A stretch of DNA of 64,000 nucleotides from Chloroflexota bacterium (GTDB taxonomy: Bacteria > Chloroflexota > Dehalococcoidia > Lucifugimonadales > GCA-002723415). The DNA lies in the NCBI GenBank assembly GCA_002721445.1, contig PBKN01000007.1:75211-139210 (forward strand), read 5' to 3'. The notes under the pieces were generated by a model. That model ran no database searches and was not told where the DNA came from. It was given only the letters and a program-made list of their open reading frames with translations. A program made the translations under genes and the position numbers. Below, piece by piece: positions 30,375 through 39,865 of this stretch; within the stretch, counting starts at the first letter, position 1; every line of letters starts with the position of its first letter.

Positions 30375-31445
30375 ATGAATAATGGTAAACTTATTCATAA
30401 TCCTTATATTGAAATTATTTCTCAAAAACTTTTGTTTGAAAACAAACAAAATGAGCAACATAAAGCACCAAGTATAATTAGGTTATCCAATGGAATACTA
30501 ATAGTTACTTTTGCTTTACATCAAGACAGTAAGACCTTAGAAAGCTATGTAGTCTTAACTAAATCAAATAACAATGGAGTCACTTGGACAAAGCCTGAAA
30601 TTATTTATAGAAATTCTGGTTTTACTTGTATAAATATGGGAGGTCTTGTTAGGTTTTCTGATCATATGATTCGATTAATAGTTGGAAGTATGAAAATAGA
30701 TTATTCTCTGGGAGGAGATGAACCATTTTCAGATTGTATTACAGGTTATCTAGATTCTAAAGATGGAGCTAATACATGGTCTCATAAATTAGAAGAAATT
30801 AATCTTTTTCCAATGTGGACTGAAGTTTATGGTCAAAGTAACCCTCATATATTAAAAGATGGTAGATTTCTTTTAGCAATGATGGGAACCATTGGAAGGG
30901 ACAAGGAATGGCATTCAGGGGTTTCTTTTTGTGACCCTAATGATAACTATAGTTTTAGTAAACCGATTATTATAGCTAAAGATAAATATAAAAATTATAG
31001 TGATATTGATGTTGTACGAATTAAAGATGGAAGATTACTAGCTGTAATTAGAGAGCATAATTTAAAAAAGAGTGTTTTTTCTCACTCTGAAAATGAAGGA
31101 ATTACGTGGTCTCCAATTAATTTTACAGGTTTTCTTGGATCTAATATTAAATTACTCAAACTAAATTCTGGAGATATTATTTGTGCGTATAGAGATGAAA
31201 ATCCTGATAATTTGGGTGTAAGTATTAGTATTTCAAGAGATTGTGGCTATAAATGGGAATATTTAGGACAAATATATTCTGCCTCGAAAGATTCATTACA
31301 TATACCTGGTCTTAAATGCGGATATCCTGATATGTTATACATTAATAACGTAGATATAATTGGAGTTTTACATACATATCCAAATAAAGAAGGGGCTATG
31401 AATATAAAGCAATTTAAACTTAAAGACCTTACAGTATCTAACTAA
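30375..31445 (+). CDS. BNR/Asp-box repeat protein (sialidase-like beta-propeller fold)
   Basis: Four Asp-box-like motifs: SNNNGVTWTKP, SKDGANTWSH, SENEGITWSP, SRDCGYKWEY. No obvious signal peptide. Confidence 0.7.
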   Translation: MNNGKLIHNPYIEIISQKLLFENKQNEQHKAPSIIRLSNGILIVTFALHQDSKTLESYVVLTKSNNNGVTWTKPEIIYRNSGFTCINMGGLVRFSDHMIRLIVGSMKIDYSLGGDEPFSDCITGYLDSKDGANTWSHKLEEINLFPMWTEVYGQSNPHILKDGRFLLAMMGTIGRDKEWHSGVSFCDPNDNYSFSKPIIIAKDKYKNYSDIDVVRIKDGRLLAVIREHNLKKSVFSHSENEGITWSPINFTGFLGSNIKLLKLNSGDIICAYRDENPDNLGVSISISRDCGYKWEYLGQIYSASKDSLHIPGLKCGYPDMLYINNVDIIGVLHTYPNKEGAMNIKQFKLKDLTVSN

Positions 31446-31489
31446 TTATTTATATAGAAATAATAGATAAAATATTATTATATGAAAAA

Positions 31490-32140
31490 CTAATTAGAAT
31501 TATTTAATTGAATTAGTTGAACTAATTGCCAACGGTCATAATCAGTTAAAAGACGACCAAATTCAGGCATTATTGCTTGTGGCCATTTACCTCTTTTACG
31601 AGAGCTATAACCTTGTCTTCCTCCAGCAGATATATATGCAAATAATTCCGTATCAGTATATTTTTGAATAGTTAAATTAGGGGGTAGAGGACTTTTATCT
31701 CCATAAAAGGCTAATATTTTAGCTTGGTATTTGGGGTCAGATTCATCTATACCTTTAAAAGTAGATCCATGACAAACTAAACAGTTTATATTGTATATAT
31801 GTTCAGCTTTTTCTTTGTCATAAATATCTTTAGGCATAGTTATTTGAGAATTTTCTGAAATATCCATTGTCAAATAATCTAAACTAGCTCCAGTTATTGG
31901 TACAGAGTTTTTTGGAGGTAATAACCTAGGAATTTCTTGACTTCTATACGATGGCTGGAAATGCATTTCAGTAAATGCCTCAACTCTATGGCTACCTGTT
32001 TCCATAAGTGCAGGTTGTTCAAATTTAATTGACTCCCCAATTTTTACTTCACCTGTTTTTGAATTATAGCAAGATACAAATAATATAATTGAAAATAAAG
32101 ATATAATTATAAGAGATGTGCTATTAAAGTCTTTAAACAT
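31490..32140 (-). CDS. actE: ACIII monoheme cytochrome c subunit ActE-like (lipoprotein signal)
   Basis: Single CLVCH heme motif, N-terminal signal ending in lipobox-like FVSC, last gene of the act cluster. Confidence 0.7.
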   Translation of the reverse strand: MFKDFNSTSLIIISLFSIILFVSCYNSKTGEVKIGESIKFEQPALMETGSHRVEAFTEMHFQPSYRSQEIPRLLPPKNSVPITGASLDYLTMDISENSQITMPKDIYDKEKAEHIYNINCLVCHGSTFKGIDESDPKYQAKILAFYGDKSPLPPNLTIQKYTDTELFAYISAGGRQGYSSRKRGKWPQAIMPEFGRLLTDYDRWQLVQLIQLNNSN

Positions 32141-32144
32141 TAAA

Positions 32145-32654
32145 TTATTCCCAACCTCGTTTTATATCTTCTGCACCAATATTTTTTAATATTTTTTCAG
32201 CTTCTTCAATTTTATCTTCACTTGTAGTGACAGTAACCCCTATATATCCTTCAGTAATTCGTGTGTCATATGCGCCCATAAATATTCTAGGTAATCTAGA
32301 TTCAAATACTACTCCAATAATTGTAAATATAATTGCTCCAAGCATAGTTCCTTCATACATTATTATTGCCATTGGAGGGACACCTAATACAGGCTTACCA
32401 CCTGTAACTAGAGGATAGGCTACTTGAGTGCCTGCAGTAATCATAAATCCCATTATAAATCCACATACAGCACCAAATAATGGCCACCTATAAAGTTTAT
32501 GCTTAGGTTCATCTTCTCCAAATGTTCCTTCAGGGTAAGGTAGGCCAGTTAATACTTCATATTCATCCATTTCATAACCAGCTTTTCTTAAGTCATCTAG
32601 CGCATCTGCAGCTAAATTTTCATCTAAAAATAATCCTATAATACTACGTTTCAT
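32145..32654 (-). CDS. actD: ACIII subunit ActD-like (DUF3341-type membrane protein)
   Basis: 169 aa, soluble N-terminal part (LAADALDDLRKAGY) followed by two hydrophobic segments. Positioned between the NrfD-like and cytochrome c genes. Confidence 0.65.
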   Translation of the reverse strand: MKRSIIGLFLDENLAADALDDLRKAGYEMDEYEVLTGLPYPEGTFGEDEPKHKLYRWPLFGAVCGFIMGFMITAGTQVAYPLVTGGKPVLGVPPMAIIMYEGTMLGAIIFTIIGVVFESRLPRIFMGAYDTRITEGYIGVTVTTSEDKIEEAEKILKNIGAEDIKRGWE

Positions 32655-32663
32655 ATTAATTCC

Positions 32664-34037
32664 TCATTCTCTGATAGACGCAGGAACTGTTCTGCGTCCA
32701 ATTTTAATTTCGTCTCTAAAGACCATTCCTTCTTTAATATCAAAAAGAGGTATTAAAGGAAAGAATTTAGAAAATAATAATAATCCAAAAATTACGAAAG
32801 CAAATGTTTCGGTTACAATTAATATCTCAACTATACTTGGTGTATAGCTACCCCAGTCAAATGCAAATGGGGTTTTACGAGATAAACTTGGTACAATAAT
32901 TAAAAATCTTTCAAGCCACATTCCTACGTTCACTAATATAGTACTTATAAACATTAATGGAAGACTACGACGTACATTTTTAAACATCCACATTGGCACA
33001 GGAATAAAATAAGATGTAAGTAGGAATAATATAAATAGACCTGAAAAAGGCCATTTAAAAAATTGCAACTCCCTTAGAGCAATTTCAGGCCTCTCTAAAG
33101 TGAACAAGGCAAAAGCTACTTCTAAAAATAAAAATAGAAACCATGTAGTAGCTACTATTATTAATAATCTTCCAATTGCATCTAGATGGTCAGGTCTTAA
33201 TATTTTATCATTCCCTTTCCATACCCACATCATTACTACCATGAAAGTAGCAACCGCAGATACTCCTGAATGAATTGCTCCAATAATAAAATATGGTGCA
33301 AATATTGTAGAATGCCAACCTTCAACTCCAGCAATTACAGCGAAATCCCATGAAACTATGCTATGAACTGATACAAATACCGGAAGTACTAAGGCAGATA
33401 ATAAAATACCTACAATTGTTTGCATTTTCCATTGCCTAGGAGTCCCTCTCCAACCAAGACATAGAATTCCATATATTTTACTTCTTAATCCTGTTGTTCT
33501 ATCTCTAATTATTGCTAAATCGGGTAATAAACATATTATTACAAATAATGTACTTGCAATTAGATATGTTCCTACCGCACTAGGATCCCAAACAAAAGGA
33601 GATCTAACATTTGGCCATACACCTCTACTAAAATCATATGGAAATACCCAGTAAGTTCTCCAAGGCCTACCTACGTGGAATAAGGGAGTATGAAGGGCTG
33701 CCATTAATGAGAATACAGTGAGCACTTCAGCAGCTCTAGTTATTGGTCTTCTCCATTCTGCTTGAGTTAGTCTTAATATAGCTGAAATCATTATTCCTGC
33801 ATGGCTGATTCCAATCCAAAACACAAAATTAACTATAAAAAATCCCCAGAAAACAGGCCTGTTAAGACCTGTAACTCCTAGGCCGTGGTAAACCATATAA
33901 AAGAAAGCAGCTAACCCCGTGACAATAAATCCAAAAGTAATTAAAACAGCCGGAAGCCACCATTTAGGAGTTTCCAGAATTGGCGATAGAGATATATCGT
34001 TAATTTCTTTTTGGTTAAGCTGTATGTGTTCCTGCAT
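32664..34037 (-). CDS. actC: ACIII NrfD/PsrC-like quinol-interacting membrane subunit (ActC-like)
   Basis: 457 aa polytopic protein with classic NrfD-type blocks WGFFIVNFVFWIGISHAGIMISAILRL..WRRPITRAAE..HVGRPWR. Confidence 0.75.
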   Translation of the reverse strand: MQEHIQLNQKEINDISLSPILETPKWWLPAVLITFGFIVTGLAAFFYMVYHGLGVTGLNRPVFWGFFIVNFVFWIGISHAGIMISAILRLTQAEWRRPITRAAEVLTVFSLMAALHTPLFHVGRPWRTYWVFPYDFSRGVWPNVRSPFVWDPSAVGTYLIASTLFVIICLLPDLAIIRDRTTGLRSKIYGILCLGWRGTPRQWKMQTIVGILLSALVLPVFVSVHSIVSWDFAVIAGVEGWHSTIFAPYFIIGAIHSGVSAVATFMVVMMWVWKGNDKILRPDHLDAIGRLLIIVATTWFLFLFLEVAFALFTLERPEIALRELQFFKWPFSGLFILFLLTSYFIPVPMWMFKNVRRSLPLMFISTILVNVGMWLERFLIIVPSLSRKTPFAFDWGSYTPSIVEILIVTETFAFVIFGLLLFSKFFPLIPLFDIKEGMVFRDEIKIGRRTVPASIRE

Positions 34038-34086
34038 ATTTTTCTCTTTTACATATTAATTATTATAATGTTTTTTTATCAATATT

Positions 34087-35499
34087 TTAATCAGGTTTTC
34101 CTAATATTTTAACTTCTGTTCGATGGAATTTTTTGTGTATTTCATACATAACTACTTCTCTTTGTTCCCATATATTTATTACTGGTATTATTTTTGTAGC
34201 AAGCATAAATACTAATATAGATCCTGAAATGTATCCAAGCATAATAAAAACATCAGATATTTCTGGTAAATGAGTAGGTAAAGAATGAGTAGGTAATGCA
34301 TGCTTAGAAACATTTGGATCACCAATTCCAGGTACGGAATACGCAGCTACATATAGTCTAATTCTATCTAGGAAAGTACCAATAATAACTCCAACTGCTA
34401 TTAATGGAGGACCCCAAAAACTTCGTCTAATTGGATTCCAAATCATCATAAAAAGAGGGAAAACAAAATTTAATAAAAATACACCTATAAAAATTATTAA
34501 ATATGGTCCAGTTGTAAGTAGATCTATAACTGATAATTCATTAGGTTTTTTACCATACCAAAATACATTGAAACTAGAAAACCAAAACCAAAACCATAGT
34601 AATGATAAAGCAAATAATAATTTGCCTAGACCCCAAACTTGATCGTATCCGATATAATCTTTATATCCTCCAAATTTTCTTAAACAAAACATAGTTAACA
34701 TCATTGTAGCCACACCTGCTTGTAATGCATTAGCAGCGTGAGTTATGGGAAGAAGTGCATCTATCCATCCAGGGACAAGAACAAGTAGAAAATCTATACT
34801 TATCAAAAAATGGACAAAAACCATCATTGCAAAATATAATGCACCTAATATACCTAATCTATGGTAAAGCCAATGCCATTGCTTAGAAGTGCCTATCCAA
34901 TTTTTAGATAATTTTTTTGCAACCTTTTGTTGCCATCCTGTACCTTTATCACGAATTAATGCTAAATCAGGTAATGCAGAAAGCCATAGAAGCATAATGC
35001 CAATAAAAACTAATGAGCACAATGCTAATGTAGTCCAAATATGTGGAGAAAATACTGGTACACTTTCAAACCCAGGAGCTGCATCCCAAAACCATAATGA
35101 CCTTCGCCTATCTTCAAGACTTGGTAGCACCCACAATATTGGAATAAATAATATTAAATTAAATAAACCAACTATTGACCATATTTCTGCTGTACGAGAT
35201 ATAGGTCTCCTCCAATGTGCCTTAGCAAGCCTTGGAGCTATAGCAACCATAGGTGCTGCCTGTGCAGTTGTTAATATAAATGCAAACATTGCAGCATAGT
35301 AACCCCATATAACTTTGTCGTTGAAACCAGAGTTTAATTTCATGACAAATCCAATAATTCCTAAAATAAAGAATACAGCTAATAATGAAATAATGCGCCA
35401 AAAATAATTCCCATTTCTCTGGTGCCTCTCAAGAAGAGTATTATTAATTTTAGATTTCTTATCTAATGTTGATTTAGCTGTAATCACATGAGGATTCAT
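34087..35499 (-). CDS. actF: Second, more divergent NrfD-like membrane subunit (ActF-like)
   Basis: 470 aa polytopic protein; HWRRPISRTAEIW parallels the ActC motif but the rest is divergent. The ActF assignment rests on divergence and context only. Confidence 0.6.
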   Translation of the reverse strand: MNPHVITAKSTLDKKSKINNTLLERHQRNGNYFWRIISLLAVFFILGIIGFVMKLNSGFNDKVIWGYYAAMFAFILTTAQAAPMVAIAPRLAKAHWRRPISRTAEIWSIVGLFNLILFIPILWVLPSLEDRRRSLWFWDAAPGFESVPVFSPHIWTTLALCSLVFIGIMLLWLSALPDLALIRDKGTGWQQKVAKKLSKNWIGTSKQWHWLYHRLGILGALYFAMMVFVHFLISIDFLLVLVPGWIDALLPITHAANALQAGVATMMLTMFCLRKFGGYKDYIGYDQVWGLGKLLFALSLLWFWFWFSSFNVFWYGKKPNELSVIDLLTTGPYLIIFIGVFLLNFVFPLFMMIWNPIRRSFWGPPLIAVGVIIGTFLDRIRLYVAAYSVPGIGDPNVSKHALPTHSLPTHLPEISDVFIMLGYISGSILVFMLATKIIPVINIWEQREVVMYEIHKKFHRTEVKILGKPD

Positions 35500-35536
35500 T
35501 ATTTTATATTTTTTCCTATTTTATTTGATAAATTTA

Positions 35537-36322
35537 TTAATGTTTTTCAACTGTTTTAGATTCGTAGTCAACCTTTTTCAAATACACAACACTTGGGTGA
35601 GTTCCATATTCTTCTAATAAATGATATCCACGTTTTTCATCATGCTCTTCGTGGCCATCATGATCAGAGTGATCTCCATGTCCTCCATGTCCTAGTTCTT
35701 TTTTCTTCATTTTAGATACTTTACTTTCAGGGTTATTAAAATCACCGAAAACAAGAGCATCAGTAGCACAACCGTTTACACAGGCAGGATTTAATTGTCG
35801 ATCGCCATCTTTAATACTGGTATTATTCTTTTCAGATTCTCTTTTTGTACGCTGTATTCTTTGAACGCAGAAAGTACATTTTTCCATTATTCCGCGTGTT
35901 CTTACAGTAACATCTGGATTAAGTTGATTTTCTAATGAATCGGGCCATTCAGGTTCCCAAAAATTAAAATGTCTTACTTGGTAAGGACATCCATTAGCGC
36001 AGAATCTTGTACCTATACATCTATTATATACTTGAACATTCAATCCTTGGTCATTATGATATGTTGCATAGACAGGACATACAGGTTCACATGGTGCATC
36101 AGCACAATGCTGGCATAATACAGGAATAAATCTAGCTTTTACATTGGGGAATTCTCCTTCCCAATATCTTTCAATTCTAATCCATTGGATAGGTCTTCTC
36201 TGAGTAAAATGGTCTTCTTCATTAATAGGTATATTGTTTTCTGATTGACAAGCAATAACACAAGCATTACATCCCGTACATTTATCATTATCAATAACCA
36301 TTCCCCAACTTGGATTTGCCAT
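35537..36322 (-). CDS. actB: ACIII iron-sulfur subunit (ActB2, 4-cluster ferredoxin-like) with His-rich C-terminal segment
   Basis: CTGCNACVIAC, CQHCADAPCEPVCP, CIGTRFCANGCPY and CTFC...CVNGC cysteine clusters; GHGGHGDHSDHDGHEEHDE segment. Confidence 0.75.
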   Translation of the reverse strand: MANPSWGMVIDNDKCTGCNACVIACQSENNIPINEEDHFTQRRPIQWIRIERYWEGEFPNVKARFIPVLCQHCADAPCEPVCPVYATYHNDQGLNVQVYNRCIGTRFCANGCPYQVRHFNFWEPEWPDSLENQLNPDVTVRTRGIMEKCTFCVQRIQRTKRESEKNNTSIKDGDRQLNPACVNGCATDALVFGDFNNPESKVSKMKKKELGHGGHGDHSDHDGHEEHDEKRGYHLLEEYGTHPSVVYLKKVDYESKTVEKH

Positions 36323-36340
36323 TATAATCTCCCTTTAATA

Positions 36341-38680
36341 TTATGTGTCATATCTCGTGATTTTAATTATATGTTGCTCGTAATCTGTAGGAAATTCAGA
36401 TACATCATTTTCAAATTTAGGTAAACGCCTCCATTTACCTGTATTAGTTATGTTAACTTTAGTAGAGGCCCAAGCAAGTGCACCTGATGTTTTTACATTT
36501 AATGGTGCAAGTATTGATAATATATTTGCACCTCTTTTTTCTGAAAACCTGCCTCCACCTAAATGTCCTTGTCCTAATGGAACGCATATTACGTCAGTAG
36601 GGGTTCCTGGATTAGGATAAGCTATAGCTTCAATGTTCCCAAAATTTGAAGCTATTCTAATTATATCGCCTTCTTTAATATTCATATCTTTTGCAACTTT
36701 TGCGTTAATTTCTGCCCATGTTTTCCAGACAGCAGTTGACATTGTGTCAGGCAAGGCTTGTAGCCAAGGTAATGAAGAATTTCCTATTCCATTTCTTAAC
36801 CCGTATGATTCAAAAGGTATGAGATAAAACTCTTTATTTGGATTTTCACTACTAGAGAAGTTAGGTTCTTCAATTAGATTGTCAAACTGAGGTAATTTAT
36901 GTGATTTTTTATTTTTATATTTTGAATTTGTGTCTTGCCAGAATCCATGTTGTAAAACTGAATTCCAGAAAGATTCAAAACTTGCGAAATCTTTAGTATT
37001 TTTTAATCCCACAGTTCCTTTACCACTATCAAATAAGTTTTTAGCTTTAGATTTAATTATAGATAGATAGTCTTCTTCTTCAAAATTAGTATTAAGATTA
37101 AGATTAGGGTCTTTCGATATAGATAATAAGATATTGGGAAAACTTTTTGTACCTAAATATTCTCCTCTGTTTTCAAAAAAAGGCCTTACAACTGGTTGCT
37201 GGAAAGCGACTATTTCATGACCAGGAGCAGGGTTAGGAGTATTTATACCCCAGTCTTCTAAAAAGTGATGAGGAGGTAAAATTAAATCTGACATATATCC
37301 AATGTCATCCATAATTGTTGAAAAGCTAACTATTAAAGAAGTATTTGATATTCCATTATTTCCTTCAATTATTGCATCTTTAAACCCAGCACTGTCAGGT
37401 AATCCATACCATGGATCTGAGCCATAATTTAATAGTATTTTTACATCACCATTATTCATTTTTTTGATTAATTCATTCCAGTCAGAGAAACTTGTCTCTG
37501 TTTGTCTCAAATCAGATATATTAACTGGATCTGGGTTTAATATTACTCCACCTTTATTATTGACAGACCCTATTAAATAATTTAATAAATATATATTTTT
37601 TAGATTAAACAAACCATTTGTACTTGCTGCTGTAGATCCTCCGCCTATTACTAAAGGATTATTATGACTAGCTAGTTCTTTAGCAATTTTAGTAATTTTA
37701 TTTATTACTTCCTCAGTATTTTGACTAGGATCAGATATTTTGCTGGCTATTAATGAAGGTGCAAATTGGTCTAGGTAAGTTAAATCATTATTAGTAAGGT
37801 TGTTTATTATTTGAGTATCAGCAAGGCCCTCAGATATTATTACCTGAGCTATACTTAAAGCCAAAATCCCTTCAGTCCCAGGTTTTGTGTAAATCCATTC
37901 ATCTGCATTAGCTGCAGTAGATGAAAATCTTGATTCCACTTGGACTAAATATCCTCTTGTTTTATTTCCTTGACGGAATTGGCCATAAGCTTTTGCATAT
38001 TCAGTAGGAGAAATCCATGTGCTAAGAAAATCAGACCCAAAAGACACAATGTAATCAGAATTTGCTATATCAAATTTAGGAATTTTTTTATCGCCAAATA
38101 TGACTTGAAAAGCATTCTTAAGTGTTGTTTGTTCTAAAGGTTCATGAATAACGTGATTTCCTCCAAAACTAGTAGTGAAATTTGAAACTATTGAGTTGAT
38201 TTGGGAATTAAGAGGCTTTGTTGCAAAAACCATTTTTGAACTTTCCCCAGAATCTTTGAGTTTTTTTAATTCCGAACTAAGTCGGTCTATAGCGTTGTCC
38301 CAGCTTATTTCTTCAAATTTTCCTTCTCCTCTGTTTCCTACGCGTAATAGAGGACCTTTTATTCTGTCAGGATGATATAAAGATTGTAAAGAAGCTTCAC
38401 AAACTGCACTATGCTTTCCTTCATTAATTGGGAAATCAACATTACCTTCTATTTTCTTTGCTCTCCCTTCCATTATACGAACAATTAGCCCATTAGAAAC
38501 TGGAGAGTTTGCGTCAGTAGTTGCATACCAATTATCTAAGCCGGAAACCATATCTTCAGGCATTTCATAAGATGATTCTACCAAAAGTTCTTCAGGCGGA
38601 ACCCCACAGGCTTGAAATAGTACAGCAGCACCAGTAGAACCCCCAATAAGTGTTAGAAATTGTCTTCTAGTTAGTCCCAT
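36341..38680 (-). CDS. actB: ACIII molybdopterin-oxidoreductase-like subunit (ActB1) with Tat signal
   Basis: Twin-arginine signal MGLTRRQFLTLIGG; 779 aa CISM-family fold. No CxxCx3C FS0 motif visible after the signal, as expected for cofactor-less ActB1. Confidence 0.75.
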   Translation of the reverse strand: MGLTRRQFLTLIGGSTGAAVLFQACGVPPEELLVESSYEMPEDMVSGLDNWYATTDANSPVSNGLIVRIMEGRAKKIEGNVDFPINEGKHSAVCEASLQSLYHPDRIKGPLLRVGNRGEGKFEEISWDNAIDRLSSELKKLKDSGESSKMVFATKPLNSQINSIVSNFTTSFGGNHVIHEPLEQTTLKNAFQVIFGDKKIPKFDIANSDYIVSFGSDFLSTWISPTEYAKAYGQFRQGNKTRGYLVQVESRFSSTAANADEWIYTKPGTEGILALSIAQVIISEGLADTQIINNLTNNDLTYLDQFAPSLIASKISDPSQNTEEVINKITKIAKELASHNNPLVIGGGSTAASTNGLFNLKNIYLLNYLIGSVNNKGGVILNPDPVNISDLRQTETSFSDWNELIKKMNNGDVKILLNYGSDPWYGLPDSAGFKDAIIEGNNGISNTSLIVSFSTIMDDIGYMSDLILPPHHFLEDWGINTPNPAPGHEIVAFQQPVVRPFFENRGEYLGTKSFPNILLSISKDPNLNLNTNFEEEDYLSIIKSKAKNLFDSGKGTVGLKNTKDFASFESFWNSVLQHGFWQDTNSKYKNKKSHKLPQFDNLIEEPNFSSSENPNKEFYLIPFESYGLRNGIGNSSLPWLQALPDTMSTAVWKTWAEINAKVAKDMNIKEGDIIRIASNFGNIEAIAYPNPGTPTDVICVPLGQGHLGGGRFSEKRGANILSILAPLNVKTSGALAWASTKVNITNTGKWRRLPKFENDVSEFPTDYEQHIIKITRYDT

Positions 38681-38717
38681 ATTTATTTAATTTCTACCTC
38701 TTTAAACTTCTTAAATT

Positions 38718-39413
38718 TTAATAATGGCAAGTTGTACAATCCGTAGGTCCATTGTTTTCTCTGTGGCAATCTACACAGTCACTCATTTTAAGAGTTCTTA
38801 CTTGTTCAACTTTATGCATTTTTGATACATCTCCATGACATATAGAACATGTGCCTGATGCAGCAATATCAAGAGTTTCTCCAATTTTTGCATTAGGGTT
38901 AATAACTTTAGCTTCTATTATACGAATTTGATTACTACTGTCAGTTATCTTTTCTACTACTTGCCTTGAACCCGAAAATCTTTTTACATGAGCTTCATGA
39001 ATAAATCTTACATGGTCAGGCATTCTATGTACTCTTGTCCATTGAATTACATCTTGTTTAGCATGTATATCTCTAAGCTTTTCAATTTCAGTACTTCCGT
39101 CTCCTAATTGCGTATGACATGACATACATAGGTTGACAGCTGGAATGGAAGCAGATGCTCCCTTAGTAACATTTGTATGGCAAAATGTACAATCTAAACC
39201 AAGTTCTTGAACGTGAACAGTATGAGGAAATGCTATAGGTTGATCCGGGGCTTCAGCAGCAAAAATAACTGGCTTATCAATCCATGAAGATATATGAAAA
39301 GTAGCTAACAATGCAACACCTATAAATATTACAAAACCTATAAAACCTATAACACCAAATAATATCAACTTATTTTTTGGGGGTTTATAAAACTGAAAAT
39401 CGCCTGGTATCAA
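38718..39413 (-). CDS. actA: ACIII pentaheme cytochrome c subunit ActA
   Basis: N-terminal TM anchor and five CxxCH motifs (CTFCH, CMSCH, CSICH, CVDCH, CTTCH). TTG start 7 nt after AAGGA. Confidence 0.8.
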   Translation of the reverse strand: MIPGDFQFYKPPKNKLILFGVIGFIGFVIFIGVALLATFHISSWIDKPVIFAAEAPDQPIAFPHTVHVQELGLDCTFCHTNVTKGASASIPAVNLCMSCHTQLGDGSTEIEKLRDIHAKQDVIQWTRVHRMPDHVRFIHEAHVKRFSGSRQVVEKITDSSNQIRIIEAKVINPNAKIGETLDIAASGTCSICHGDVSKMHKVEQVRTLKMSDCVDCHRENNGPTDCTTCHY

Positions 39414-39446
39414 ATTGTAATTCCTTTTTTTATTTAAATTTAGACT

Positions 39447-39737
39447 TTATATCCAGTAATCTGGCCAAAATGTTTTCAAAAAACTTGCATTTCTTATAAC
39501 TCCTGAGAAGAAAAATAAGGCAACAGCAAATGATATTATCGCAACTATATATAAAGGCCTGCGTATCTTTTCCCATGATAAAGGGATGTGTTTAGATTCA
39601 ACTAATGAAGGAATAACATTATGTGCAAGTAACATATTTGCTGCAAAAATTATTACAAATATAACAGTCATCCATAAGCTTAAAAGAAGCTTACTTACTT
39701 GCTGCCATTCAGTTATTCCTAATGAATTTGGATCCAT
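39447..39737 (-). CDS. Small two-TM membrane protein, first gene of the act-oriented string
   Basis: 96 aa with two clear hydrophobic segments; 33-nt gap to actA on the same strand. No family recognised. Confidence 0.55.
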   Translation of the reverse strand: MDPNSLGITEWQQVSKLLLSLWMTVIFVIIFAANMLLAHNVIPSLVESKHIPLSWEKIRRPLYIVAIISFAVALFFFSGVIRNASFLKTFWPDYWI

Positions 39738-39865
39738 TTAACCTGCCAGATTATCGGATAAAAATTATATATATTTATATCTTAAAAAATTAAGTTAATT
39801 TTACCATAAGCATCTTTTTAGTGTCTATAGATATATATGTATTCAATCTCTATTATTTACAATTT

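Noticed and set aside
34889-35299. 136-aa + strand ORF
   Set aside because: It is antisense to the ActF-like membrane protein gene. There is no start context or motifs.
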